DNA from: an uncultured Acidimicrobiales bacterium
GTDB taxonomy: Bacteria; Actinomycetota; Acidimicrobiia; Acidimicrobiales; SZUA-35
DNA: 64,000 nucleotides
Reading direction: 5' to 3'
NCBI GenBank assembly: GCA_963717115.1
Contig: CAVQVO010000017.1
Coordinates: forward strand, 1,018,133 to 1,082,132
The notes under the pieces were generated by a model. The model searched no databases. It was not told the DNA's origin and saw nothing but the letters and a program-made list of their open reading frames with translations. A program made the translations under genes and the position numbers. This document shows, piece after piece, positions 29,720-43,110 of this stretch (its first letter is position 1; each line of letters starts with the position of its first letter).

Positions 29720-30953
29720 GTGCACCTCGACCCCGAGTTGCTCGCGACACCGCTGCGCTGCTCGATCCAGCACTACGCCTGGGGTCGGCCCGGGGTCCTG
29801 TCCGAACTCGTCGGGGCCGAGGCCGACGATCGACCCGAAGCCGAGCTCTGGATGGGCGCGCATCCGTCGGCGCCGAGCACCCTGCCCGACGGCCGCAGCC
29901 TGGCCGAGGCGATCGCCGATCGTCCCACGGCCGTCCTCGGCGAAGCCGTTGCCTCGGCATTCGACGGCCTCCCGTACCTCTTCAAGGTCCTCGCGGCGAG
30001 TGTGCCCCTGTCGATCCAGGCCCATCCGACCCTCGAACGGGCCCGGGCCGGGTTCGCCCGGGAGGATGCGGCGGGCATCGATCGTGGGGCACCCGAACGG
30101 GTCTACCGAGACCCGAACCACAAGCCCGAGCTGATCGCGGCGCTGACGGTCTTCGAGGGCAAGTGCGGGTTCCGACCCCTCGATGCCACCCGGCGGCTCT
30201 TCGCCGCGCTCGACCACCCGGCCCTCGACCCGGTCCGGGGACTGCTCGCCGACGGACCGGCCGACGACGCCGCCGTCCTGGCCGAGACGCTCGCCTGGCT
30301 CCTCCGCCGGCCGGTGCCGGCCGCCCGGGCGTTGGCCTCGGCCGTCGAGGAGGCCGCAGCGTCGCTCCTCGCCTCGGGCGGACCCGAAGCCGACGAGTTC
30401 CGACCGGATCTGGTCGCCTGCGAGGCCGTCGCCGACGCCTTTCCCGGCGACATCGGCGGCGTGGTCGCCCTGTTGCTCAACCATGTCGTGCTCCAACCGG
30501 GGGAGGCGCTCTTCCTCGACGCCGGGAACCTCCATGCCTACCTGTCGGGCCTCGGGGTGGAACTGATGGCGAACAGCGACAACGTCGTGCGGGGCGGGCT
30601 CACGCCCAAACACGTCGACGTCGACGAATTGTTGGCCGTGGTCGTCACCGAGCCGGCTCCGGCGCCGGTCCAGCGCCCGGAGGGCCCCGTCCACACCTAC
30701 GACTCGCCCGTTCCCGAGTTCGCCCTCACCCGACTCGTCGATCTCGAGTCGGGGGCCGAGACGGTCGAGGTGACCGGGCCGGCCATCGTGCTCGCGACGT
30801 CGGGCCACCTCGTCCTGCGGACCGCCGACCGATACCAGCGGCTCGATCGTGGGCGCCCCGGCCTTCCTGCCCGCCGAGATCGGACCGGTCACCGTGACCA
30901 ACGTGGGGCTGGCATGGGTGGCAGGACCGGGCGCTAGTCTGGCCGGGTCCTGA
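29720..30953 (+). pseudogene. manA: Mannose-6-phosphate isomerase class I, C-terminus shifted (+1) as assembled
   Basis: YAWGR, ELWMGAHP, LFKVLAA..PLSIQAHP and YRDPNHKPE motifs. After about 30856 the conserved end (RG.PAFLPAEIGPVTVTN...) continues only in the +1 frame, to TGA at 30951-30953. Length is 1234 nt = 3n+1. Confidence 0.85.
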
Positions 30954-30992
30954 CCCCTGGCCACGCCGGCCCCGAACCCTAGGAGCCCCCTC

Positions 30993-31229
30993 GTGGCCCT
31001 CGACCCGACGCTGCTCGAAATCCTGGCCTGCCCCGAAGACAAGGGTCCGCTGCTCTATTTCGCCGACGAGTCGATCCTCTACAACGCACGCCTGCACCGC
31101 AGCTACCGGATCGACAACGACATCCCGGTGATGCTGATCGACGAGGCTACCGCGGTCGACGACGCCGAACACGACCGGCTCATGGCCAAGGCCGCCAGCG
31201 AGGGAATCTCGCCGACCTTCGCCGCCTGA
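30993..31229 (+). CDS. Trm112 family protein
   Basis: LLEILACPEDKGPL...IPVMLIDEA pattern. GTG start preceded by aggag. Confidence 0.8.
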   Translation: MALDPTLLEILACPEDKGPLLYFADESILYNARLHRSYRIDNDIPVMLIDEATAVDDAEHDRLMAKAASEGISPTFAA

Positions 31230-31241
31230 ACAGGACCCCTC

Positions 31242-32291
31242 ATGAACACCACCTCCGACACCGCCCGGCTCGACACCCTCGGCATGTGGGACGCCATGCT
31301 CGGGCTTCCCGAACAGATCGAATCGTCGCTGGCCGAAATCGGCGCGATCAAGGGCCTGCCCGACCCCTCCAGGATCGAGAACGTGTTGATCCTGGGGATG
31401 GGCGACAGCGGCTTCGGCGGCGACGTCGCGGCCGCCTGCGCCCGCCCGTTCTCGCCGCATCCGATCGTCGTCTACGGCGGCTACCTGCCGCCGTCGTGGG
31501 TCGGTCCGAACTCCCTGGTGATCGCCCTGTCGGCGTCGGGTGCGACCGAGGAGACGCTCGAGTCCCTCGAGGCCGCCGTCGAGGCCGGTGCCCCGCTGGT
31601 GGCGGTCACCAACGGCGGTGAACTCGAAGCGCTGGCCCGGCGAGCGGGCGCTCCGGTGCTGCCCGTGGTGTCGGAGGCCTCGATGCCCCGAGCGATGCTC
31701 GGCGCCCTCGCGGTGCCGGCGATGATGGCCCTCGAGGAGATCGGGGTGTTCCCCGGAGCCCGAGCCTGGCTCGGTCACGCCACCGAGCAGCTCAAGGCCC
31801 GCCGGGAGGAACTCCTCTCGGACCGCAGCCCGGCCAAGGAGATCGCCCGGAAGGTGGGGCGCACGATCCCGATCATCTATGGCGGCGGAGTCATCGGTAC
31901 CACGGCGGCGAAACGGTGGAAGATCGCCTTCAACCACAACGTGAAGTCACCGGCGTTCTGGGCCCCGATGCCCGACCTGTGCCACAACGAACTGGTCGGG
32001 TGGGGCCAGAACGGCGACGTCACCCGCCAGATCTTCACCCAGATCCAACTTCGTCACGACGGCGAGCACCCCCAGACCGCTCGACGCTTCGCGTACGTCG
32101 AGTCCAAGACCCTCGAGGTCATGGCCGACATCCTGTCGGTCGAGGCGCGGGGCGAGGGCTCGGTCGCCCAGCTGCTCGACCTCATCCTCGTCGGTGACAT
32201 CACCACGCTCGAGTTGGCGGCGGCCGAGGGGCTCGACCCCGGACCCCTGCCCATCGTCGACGATCTGAAGACCTGGCTCGACCAGGGCTAG
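31242..32291 (+). CDS. SIS-domain bifunctional phosphoglucose/phosphomannose isomerase
   Basis: Two SIS-like halves (LILGMGDSGFGGD, VIALSASGATEET). It has the conserved position after manA in Actinobacteria. Confidence 0.82.
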   Translation: MNTTSDTARLDTLGMWDAMLGLPEQIESSLAEIGAIKGLPDPSRIENVLILGMGDSGFGGDVAAACARPFSPHPIVVYGGYLPPSWVGPNSLVIALSASGATEETLESLEAAVEAGAPLVAVTNGGELEALARRAGAPVLPVVSEASMPRAMLGALAVPAMMALEEIGVFPGARAWLGHATEQLKARREELLSDRSPAKEIARKVGRTIPIIYGGGVIGTTAAKRWKIAFNHNVKSPAFWAPMPDLCHNELVGWGQNGDVTRQIFTQIQLRHDGEHPQTARRFAYVESKTLEVMADILSVEARGEGSVAQLLDLILVGDITTLELAAAEGLDPGPLPIVDDLKTWLDQG

Positions 32292-32313
32292 GCGGTTGGG
32301 TCAGGATGCCGTC

Positions 32314-33093
32314 ATGAGCGGATCCCCTTCTCCCGAAGTCGTCGGTGTCGTCGTCGTGACCGGTGCCGGCGGCGGCATCGGATTGGCCACCGTGGCCAAG
32401 CTGGCCAAGGCCGGGCACGCCGTGATCGCCACCGATCTCCCGGGCACCGGGCTCCATGCGGCGTCCGGCATGGGTGAGCACGTGGTGGCCGTCGAGGCCG
32501 ACGTGACCTCGATGGCCGACTGGGAGACCACCCGCGACACCGCGCTCGACCGCTTCGGTCGCATCGACGGCCTGGTCAACAACGCCGGCATCGAGGGCGC
32601 CGTTGTGCCCCTGGTCGAGTACCCCGAGGCGATGGTCGACCGGGTCCTCGACATCAACGTCAAGGGCGTGTGGCGCGGGATCAAGACCATCGCCCCGGTG
32701 ATCGCGGCCTCGGGCGGCGGATCGATCGTCAACCTGTCGTCGGTGGCCGGTCTGTCGGGTGCGGCGAACCTCAGCATCTACTCGGCTTCGAAACACGCCG
32801 TCATCGGGCTGACCAAGTCCGCAGCGCTCGAACTCGCACCCGCGCAGATCCGCGTGAACGCGATCTGCCCCTCGCCGATCCAGACCCGCATGATGCGCTC
32901 GCTCGAAGACGCCATGAAGGTCGACGGCGTCGATGCCGAGACGATCCAGGCCGCGGTGGCCTCGTCGATTCCACTCGGTCGCTACGGCGAGCCGGCCGAG
33001 GTTGCCGACCTCATCGCCTTCCTGCTCTCGGATGCGGCGCGGTTCCTGAGCGGCACGGCGATCCCGATCGACGGAGCGATGAAGGCCCGCTGA
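32314..33093 (+). CDS. Short-chain dehydrogenase/reductase (SDR)
   Basis: VVTGAGGGIG, NNAG, and the S..YSASK catalytic motif. ATG at 32314. Confidence 0.88.
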   Translation: MSGSPSPEVVGVVVVTGAGGGIGLATVAKLAKAGHAVIATDLPGTGLHAASGMGEHVVAVEADVTSMADWETTRDTALDRFGRIDGLVNNAGIEGAVVPLVEYPEAMVDRVLDINVKGVWRGIKTIAPVIAASGGGSIVNLSSVAGLSGAANLSIYSASKHAVIGLTKSAALELAPAQIRVNAICPSPIQTRMMRSLEDAMKVDGVDAETIQAAVASSIPLGRYGEPAEVADLIAFLLSDAARFLSGTAIPIDGAMKAR

Positions 33094-33146
33094 TCCGGAG
33101 CGCTCGCCGCGTGGACCGGTCCCGCTGAGTGCATCGCCTCCCGACC

Positions 33147-33236
33147 GATGAGGGCGCTGCCCGCTACCCTGGCGGAGACGAGTGGCTGCCTGAACCGGCC
33201 AGTGGGCCTCAGCCTTTCCGAAGCGGCGCTGTCGAC
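33147..33236 (+). promoter_or_regulatory. Candidate SAH riboswitch in the ahcY leader
   Basis: Three blocks, in order, resemble the SAH-riboswitch consensus as I remember it: GAGGGCGCUGC (consensus GAGGAGCGCUGC), GCCAG..GCCUCAG (consensus GCCAGGCUCGG) and AAGCGGCGCUGUC (consensus AACGGCGCUCAC). They lie about 30 nt upstream of the ahcY ATG. This has not been verified with a covariance model. Confidence 0.35.
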
Positions 33237-33266
33237 CGACGCGCCATCTGTGATTCCGGAGCTGAC

Positions 33267-34742
<1,476 letters not shown>

Positions 34743-34754
34743 CCGGACCCGGTC

Positions 34755-34779
34755 GACACGCCGTTCCCGGCGGCGTGTC
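34755..34779 (+). terminator. Hairpin just after the ahcY stop (candidate terminator, no U-tail)
   Basis: gacacgccg (34755-34763) pairs perfectly with cggcgtgtc (34771-34779). It lies 13 nt after the stop. No T-run follows. Confidence 0.4.
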
Positions 34780-34809
34780 ACACCGTGCCCGGCGGCGTGT
34801 CACACCGTG
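34766..34809. repeat. Direct repeat, 22 bp x 2 (cccggcggcgtgtcacaccgtg)
   Basis: Perfect copies at 34766-34787 and 34788-34809. The first copy contains the right arm of the hairpin, so the second copy offers an alternative pairing partner. Confidence 0.9.
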
Positions 34810-34825
34810 GTCCTAGGTTCTGGTC

Positions 34826-35479
34826 GTGTTCTTCGACCGAACCTGTCCGGGATGCGGCCTGTCGAGCCCGGCACCGGTGTGCGCATCGTGTTGGGACTCC
34901 CTCGAGCCGGCGTCACCGCGCCGGCTCGAGGGAGTCGCGTCGCTGACGGCGCTCTTCGCCTACGAGCCCCGGTCGGCGGCGCTCGTGCTCCGGGCCAAGA
35001 ACGGCGGCGGGAGGCCGTTGCTGCGGCGGTTCGGTGAGGCCCTCGCCCGGGAGCTCGTCGCCGGCGGCTCGTCGGAGTGCCTCGATGTCGTCACGTGGGT
35101 CCCGGCGTCTCGCATCCATGGCCGTATCCGTGGCTACGACCAGGGACGACTGCTGGCCAGACCGGTGGCCGCCTCCCTCGGCGTGCCGGCCCGCGACCTG
35201 TTGCGGCGGCTCGACGACTCCTCACAACGCGGTCTCGGTCGCGTCCAACGCCTCGGTGGTGTCGCGCTCGTGGCTCGTCGGCCGGTCCGGGGGCGGGTGT
35301 TGCTGATCGACGACGTGATCGCCACCGGTGCCTCGCTCGAGCACGGGGCTCGCGCCCTCCTCGACGCCGGTGCCGATACCATCCATGCCGCAGCGGTGGC
35401 GTCCGCCACCCGAGCTGGGCCCGAACGAATCGATCATCGATTCCATCCTCGGTCCCCCAGCAGTCGAAAGTACCCATGA
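34826..35479 (+). CDS. comF: ComF family phosphoribosyltransferase-domain protein
   Basis: N-terminal CPGC...CASC zinc motif and a C-terminal PRTase motif (VLLIDDVIATGASL). GTG start. Confidence 0.8.
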   Translation: MFFDRTCPGCGLSSPAPVCASCWDSLEPASPRRLEGVASLTALFAYEPRSAALVLRAKNGGGRPLLRRFGEALARELVAGGSSECLDVVTWVPASRIHGRIRGYDQGRLLARPVAASLGVPARDLLRRLDDSSQRGLGRVQRLGGVALVARRPVRGRVLLIDDVIATGASLEHGARALLDAGADTIHAAAVASATRAGPERIDHRFHPRSPSSRKYP

Positions 35480-35492
35480 AAGGGGTCCTCTC

Positions 35493-36053
35493 ATGGAGGT
35501 CACGGTCAGCGGTCGCCACACAACGGTTTCGGAGTCGCTCCGCCAGGTGACGGTCGAGAAGATCGGCCGTCTCGACCGCTATCTCGCCGGGATGGATCGA
35601 GCCGAGGTCCACTTCTGGGAAGAGAAGAACCCCCGAATCGGCGACAAGGAACTGTGCGAGGTGACCATGGAAGGTCACGGCCACCACGTTCGCTGCAAGG
35701 TGGCCGCACCCGACTCGTTCACCGCGGTCGATCTCGCCGTCGAGAAGCTCGAGCGACAGCTCCGCAAGCTCAAGACGAAGGTGAAGAAGCGCGAACAGGC
35801 CCACACCAAGATCGAGGTGGCCGACGATCTCGTTCCCGAGTCGCTCCTGCACGACGACGACCACCCCGAGCCGATCTACAAGATCGTCAAGAGCAAGTCG
35901 TTCTCGCTGTCGACGATGCATCCACCCGAGGCGGCGCTCCAGATGGACCTGCTCAACCACGACTTCTACCTGTTCGTGAACGCCGAAACCCAGCAGGCGG
36001 CCGTGGTCTATCGGCGCGACGACGGCGACATCGGACTGATCGGCGCCGACTGA
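35493..36053 (+). CDS. hpf: Ribosome hibernation-promoting factor (long HPF)
   Basis: MEVTVSGRH...L...V.EKIGRLDRY N-terminal domain plus a C-terminal dimerisation domain (IVKSKSFSL.PM...EA..QMDLL.HDFYLF.N). Confidence 0.9.
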   Translation: MEVTVSGRHTTVSESLRQVTVEKIGRLDRYLAGMDRAEVHFWEEKNPRIGDKELCEVTMEGHGHHVRCKVAAPDSFTAVDLAVEKLERQLRKLKTKVKKREQAHTKIEVADDLVPESLLHDDDHPEPIYKIVKSKSFSLSTMHPPEAALQMDLLNHDFYLFVNAETQQAAVVYRRDDGDIGLIGAD

Positions 36054-36121
36054 TCCCCGAGCCGAGAAGCTGTTGACGTGCCCTGTTGGGATGCGCTACA
36101 GCCGGTAGACTCCCAAGCCAG

Positions 36122-38995
<2,874 letters not shown>

Positions 38996-39061
38996 CGACC
39001 ATTCGTCGTCGCCGATCCCGTTCCTGCCCGCTCCTGTACGAACGAATGCCGACCCTGTCTG

Positions 39062-40180
39062 ATGCCTGATCTCTCCGATGCCATCACCCGCCTGCGGACC
39101 GCGTTGTCCGAGGCCGACGGCTACCTGCGCGTCGGCGAACTCCGGGCCCGGTTGCCCCAGCTCGAAACCGAGATGGGCCGGCCCGACCTGTGGGACGACG
39201 CGGGCCGGGCCCGCGACGTCCAGACCGAGTTCACCCAGGTCAAGGACGATCTCGAGCTCTATGACCGCCTGGCGGGAGGGATCGACGACGTCGAGACCCT
39301 CTGGATGCTCGCCGAAGAGGAAGGCGACGCCGACTCCTCGGCCGAGGCCGAGCAGATGATCGACGAACTCACCGAGTCCTTCGCCCAACTCGAACTCCGG
39401 GCCCTGTTCACCGGTGAGTACGACGAGGGCGACGCCGTGTGCGAGATCCACTCCGGCGCCGGTGGAACCGATGCCCAGGACTGGGCGTCGATGCTGTTCC
39501 AGATGTACAAGCGGTGGGCCGACAAGCGGGGCTTCTCGATCGAGGTCACCGAATGGCAGGACGGCCAGGAGGCCGGCCTGTCGGCCGTCGGGTTCACCAT
39601 CAAGGGCCGCTACGCCTACGGGCTGTTGCAGGCCGAGCGCGGGGTCCACCGCCTGGTCCGGATCTCGCCGTTCGACTCCCAGGCCCGCCGCCACACGGCC
39701 TTCGCATCGTTCGGGGTCGTGCCCTACATCGAAGACGCCGTCAACCAGGTCGAGATCGACGACAAGGACCTGCGGGTCGACGTGTTCCGGTCCTCGGGGG
39801 CCGGCGGGCAGCACGTCAACACCACCGATTCCGCCGTGCGGATCACGCATCTGCCCACCGGCATCGTGGTGTCGTGCCAGAACGAACGCAGCCAGCACCA
39901 GAACCGCGACCACTGCATGCAGACGCTGGCCATGAAGCTGGTCGATCTCGAGCGCCAGAAGCGCGAAGACAAGCTGTCGGAAGAGGCCGGTGAATCCAAG
40001 AGCGTGGAGTGGGGCAGCCAGATCCGCTCCTACGTGCTCCAGCCGTACCAACAGGTGAAAGACGAGCGGTCCGGCCTCGTGTCGGGCAATCCGGAGGGCG
40101 TGTTGAACGGCGACGTGACGTCGTTCATGGAGGCGTGGCTGCGATGGCGCCGGGCCCGATCCACCGGAGGCGACCGTTGA
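39062..40180 (+). CDS. prfB: Peptide chain release factor 2 (single uninterrupted frame)
   Basis: SPF tripeptide (RISPFDS) and GGQ motif ([19 protein letters not shown]). There is no internal in-frame UGA or frameshift site. Confidence 0.95.
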   Translation: MPDLSDAITRLRTALSEADGYLRVGELRARLPQLETEMGRPDLWDDAGRARDVQTEFTQVKDDLELYDRLAGGIDDVETLWMLAEEEGDADSSAEAEQMIDELTESFAQLELRALFTGEYDEGDAVCEIHSGAGGTDAQDWASMLFQMYKRWADKRGFSIEVTEWQDGQEAGLSAVGFTIKGRYAYGLLQAERGVHRLVRISPFDSQARRHTAFASFGVVPYIEDAVNQVEIDDKDLRVDVFRSSGAGGQHVNTTDSAVRITHLPTGIVVSCQNERSQHQNRDHCMQTLAMKLVDLERQKREDKLSEEAGESKSVEWGSQIRSYVLQPYQQVKDERSGLVSGNPEGVLNGDVTSFMEAWLRWRRARSTGGDR

Positions 40181-40854
40181 TCAAGTTCGAAGAGGTCACG
40201 AAGGAATACCCGGGCAAGACCGTGGCGCTGCGAGCCGCATCGGCCGACATCGGCAAGGGCGAGTTCGTCTTCCTGGTCGGGCCGTCGGGCTCGGGAAAAT
40301 CGACGTTCCTCCGCCTGATCAACAAGCAGGAGGACCCCGATCACGGCCGCATCTTCGTGGCGGGGAAGGACATCGGCCAGCTCAGCAACTGGAAGGTCCC
40401 GATGCTGCGCCGCAACATCGGGTCGGTCTTCCAGGATTTCAAGCTCCTTCCCAACAAGACCGTCGCCGAGAACGTGAGCTTCGCACTCGAGGTGATCGGC
40501 AGGCCCCGCCACGTGATCAAGAACCAGGTACCGGCCATCTGTGAACTCGTCGGCCTGGGTGACAAGGCCGACAGCTACCCCCACCAGCTCTCGGGAGGCG
40601 AGCAGCAGCGGGTGTCGATCGCCCGGGCGTTCGTCAACCGGCCGCTGATCCTGCTCGCCGACGAGCCGACGGGCAACCTCGACCCCCAGACCGCGATCGG
40701 CATCATGCGCCTGCTCGATCGGATCAACAAGACCGGCACCACGGTGCTGATGGCCACCCACGATCGCGGCATCGTCGACACCATGCGTCGCCGGGTCATC
40801 GAGCTCTCGCACGGCGACATCGTCCGAGACCAGGCTCGCGGCGTCTACGAGTAG
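40177..40854 (+). CDS. ftsE: Cell-division ABC ATPase FtsE
   Basis: [10 protein letters not shown], Walker A (GPSGSGKST), LSGGEQQR and Walker B ([11 protein letters not shown]). The probable TTG start at 40177 overlaps the prfB stop (TTGA). Confidence 0.9.
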   Translation: MIKFEEVTKEYPGKTVALRAASADIGKGEFVFLVGPSGSGKSTFLRLINKQEDPDHGRIFVAGKDIGQLSNWKVPMLRRNIGSVFQDFKLLPNKTVAENVSFALEVIGRPRHVIKNQVPAICELVGLGDKADSYPHQLSGGEQQRVSIARAFVNRPLILLADEPTGNLDPQTAIGIMRLLDRINKTGTTVLMATHDRGIVDTMRRRVIELSHGDIVRDQARGVYE

Positions 40855-40863
40855 GAGCACACG

Positions 40864-41757
40864 ATGGCACTCCGAGTCGATTACCTCCTGCGGGAGACCG
40901 GCCACAATCTGGTCCGCAACCCCTCCCTGACCATCGCCACCGTGCTCACGGTGGCCGTCTCGCTCTCCCTGCTCGGCGCTGCGCTCGTGATCCGTCAGGG
41001 CGTGGAAGGCCTGAACACCCGGTTCAAGGACGACGTCGAGTTCATCGTCTGGGTGGATCCCGAGGCCTCGGTCGAACAACTCGAGTCGCTCGACCGCGCC
41101 CTCGCCGATTCGCCCGGTGTCAAGGACTACCGCTACATCAACACCGAGGAGACCTGGGCCGAGTTCCAGGACTTCTGGGCCGAGTCACCCGAGGTGCTCG
41201 AGGCCGTGACCCCCGAGCAGCTGCCGACGTCGTATCGGGTGGTCCCCCAGATCGCCGACCTCGCCGTGGTCCGCTCGCTCGGCGATGCCTTCGAGGGTCT
41301 CCCGGGGGTCCGCAAGATCGACTACGCGGGCGAAGCGATCCAGCGGCTCGACGACTTCACCAGTGCCGCGTCCAGCATCATGTTCCTGGCAGCCATCGCG
41401 GCTGCGGTCGCGTCCGGACTGTTGATGTACAACTCGATCCGCACCGCGCTCTTCGCCCGGCGGCGGGAGATCGAGGTCATGCGCCTCGTCGGGGCCAACA
41501 ACTCGTTCATCCGGCTTCCGTTCATGTTCGAGGGTCTCGCCCAGGGGTTGATCGGGGCGGGTATCTCGACCCTGGCGGTCTTCGGCCTCAACCGGCTGAT
41601 CCGGAACGCCCTCGATCGGACCGATTTCCAGCTGTTCGACAGTTTTGCCCTCGATTCGGGCCAGCTCGCCCCGGTCACCCTGATCCTGCTCGCGGTCGGA
41701 GCCGTGATCGGTGCGGTGGGCTCGGGCATCGCCGTCTCGCGCTACCTCGACGCCTGA
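40864..41757 (+). CDS. ftsX: Cell-division permease-like protein FtsX
   Basis: Four-TM FtsX topology with an extracellular domain. It lies directly after ftsE. Confidence 0.9.
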   Translation: MALRVDYLLRETGHNLVRNPSLTIATVLTVAVSLSLLGAALVIRQGVEGLNTRFKDDVEFIVWVDPEASVEQLESLDRALADSPGVKDYRYINTEETWAEFQDFWAESPEVLEAVTPEQLPTSYRVVPQIADLAVVRSLGDAFEGLPGVRKIDYAGEAIQRLDDFTSAASSIMFLAAIAAAVASGLLMYNSIRTALFARRREIEVMRLVGANNSFIRLPFMFEGLAQGLIGAGISTLAVFGLNRLIRNALDRTDFQLFDSFALDSGQLAPVTLILLAVGAVIGAVGSGIAVSRYLDA

Positions 41758-41780
41758 TCGGGCGACCGGCGAGCCGCGGC

Positions 41781-42080
41781 TCAGAGCTGACGGGTGATCG
41801 CCGTTGCTGCGGCCGCCAACAGCACCACCAGCCAGAACGGCGCCCGCAGCACGGCGGCCAGCCCGCCGATGGCGACCCCGACGGCTCGCGCATCCAACAC
41901 GAGCGTGCCGCCGCGGTTGAAGGTGCCGTCGACGATCAGGGCTGCCAACAACGCCGGAGGCAGGAGCCGACCCAACCCGACGGCGGCGGGGGAGCGGGCC
42001 ACCCGGGCGAACCCGAACATGCCGGCGGCCTTGAAGGCGTAGGCCCCGGCGGCCAGGAGGAACAACGCAGTCCAGCTCAT
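41781..42080 (-). CDS. azlD: AzlD family branched-chain amino acid transport protein
   Basis: 99-aa, three-TM protein directly downstream of azlC. Confidence 0.78.
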   Translation of the reverse strand: MSWTALFLLAAGAYAFKAAGMFGFARVARSPAAVGLGRLLPPALLAALIVDGTFNRGGTLVLDARAVGVAIGGLAAVLRAPFWLVVLLAAAATAITRQL

Positions 42081-42096
42081 CGCGCCCCGACTCCGG

Positions 42097-42777
42097 TCAC
42101 GAGGTCTCCTCGGGCAGTGCGCCGAAGGTGCCGTAGGCGACGACCGCCCCGACCGCGGCCGCCAGGACCGGGATCCCGGGCCGCGTGAACGGGATGAGCG
42201 TCGCCGCGATCCCGGCGCCGGCGATGGCCGCCAACAGTCCAGATCGGTGGCGCAGCGCCGGCATCATCAAGGCGATGAAGCCGGCCGGGAAGGCCGCATC
42301 GAGGCCGAGCGCGGCCGGGTCGCCGATGGCGTCGCCGCCGAGGGCGCCGATCAGCGTCCCGAGGTTCCAGAAGACGAACACCGAGATGCCGCCGGCCCAG
42401 AACGCGCCGAGGCGGTCGTCCCGGTCGGGCTGGGCCAGGCCGAGCGCCGTCGACTCGTCGATCGTCAGATGGGCGGCGAGGGCTCGCACGCCGCGGCTCG
42501 ATCCGGTCGGCATGAGCTTCGACACGCTGATGCCGTAGAACCCGTTGCGGGCGGCGAGGAGCAGGGCCGAGGCCAGTGCCGCCGCGGGGCTTCCCCCGGC
42601 ACCGATGACGCTGGCGGCGGTGAACTGCGACGCGCCGGTGAAGACGAGCATCGACATGGCGACCGCCTGCAGCACGGTCAGTCCGCTGGTGACGGCGAGC
42701 ACGCCGAACGCCAGTCCGAAGACCCCGACGGCCAAACCGAGGACGACGGCATCACGGCGATAGGGCCGGTCGATCAC
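42097..42777 (-). CDS. azlC: AzlC family branched-chain amino acid permease component
   Basis: Multi-TM protein with the FTGASQF motif. GTG start at 42777. Confidence 0.83.
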   Translation of the reverse strand: MIDRPYRRDAVVLGLAVGVFGLAFGVLAVTSGLTVLQAVAMSMLVFTGASQFTAASVIGAGGSPAAALASALLLAARNGFYGISVSKLMPTGSSRGVRALAAHLTIDESTALGLAQPDRDDRLGAFWAGGISVFVFWNLGTLIGALGGDAIGDPAALGLDAAFPAGFIALMMPALRHRSGLLAAIAGAGIAATLIPFTRPGIPVLAAAVGAVVAYGTFGALPEETS

Positions 42778-42905
42778 CTGGTGGAGGCTACGGCTCCGGC
42801 CCGACCTTGACGCTCCGATGGCCGTCGTCGGGCCGCTCGCGTGGTGGCGTCGTCGGTGGTCACTGCGCTAGGTTCGGCGGCGGCCTCAACACAGGAGAAG
42901 CGATC

Positions 42906-43103
42906 ATGCGTATCAAGGTGGATTCCGAGAAGTGCGAAGGGCACAACCGCTGCTATTCCATCGCTCCGGAACTCTTCGACGTCGACGACTACGGCTACGC
43001 CACCGAGAAGGGCGACGGCACCGTCCCGCCCGAACTGGAAGAGAAGGCCCGGCTCGCCGTCGACAACTGCCCCGAGTTCGCCATCACGATCACCGAGGAC
43101 TGA
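42906..43103 (+). CDS. Small [3Fe-4S]-type ferredoxin (P450 redox partner type)
   Basis: MRIKVDSEKCEGHNRCYSIAPELFDVDD.G...AVDNCPEFAI. RBS aggag upstream of ATG 42906. Confidence 0.85.
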   Translation: MRIKVDSEKCEGHNRCYSIAPELFDVDDYGYATEKGDGTVPPELEEKARLAVDNCPEFAITITED

Positions 43104-43110
43104 GGCGCCG

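Noticed and set aside
39062-40180. Programmed +1 frameshift site in prfB.
   Set aside because: The gene is a single uninterrupted frame with no early in-frame UGA, as is usual for actinobacterial prfB. It therefore offers no precedent for the other +1 breaks.
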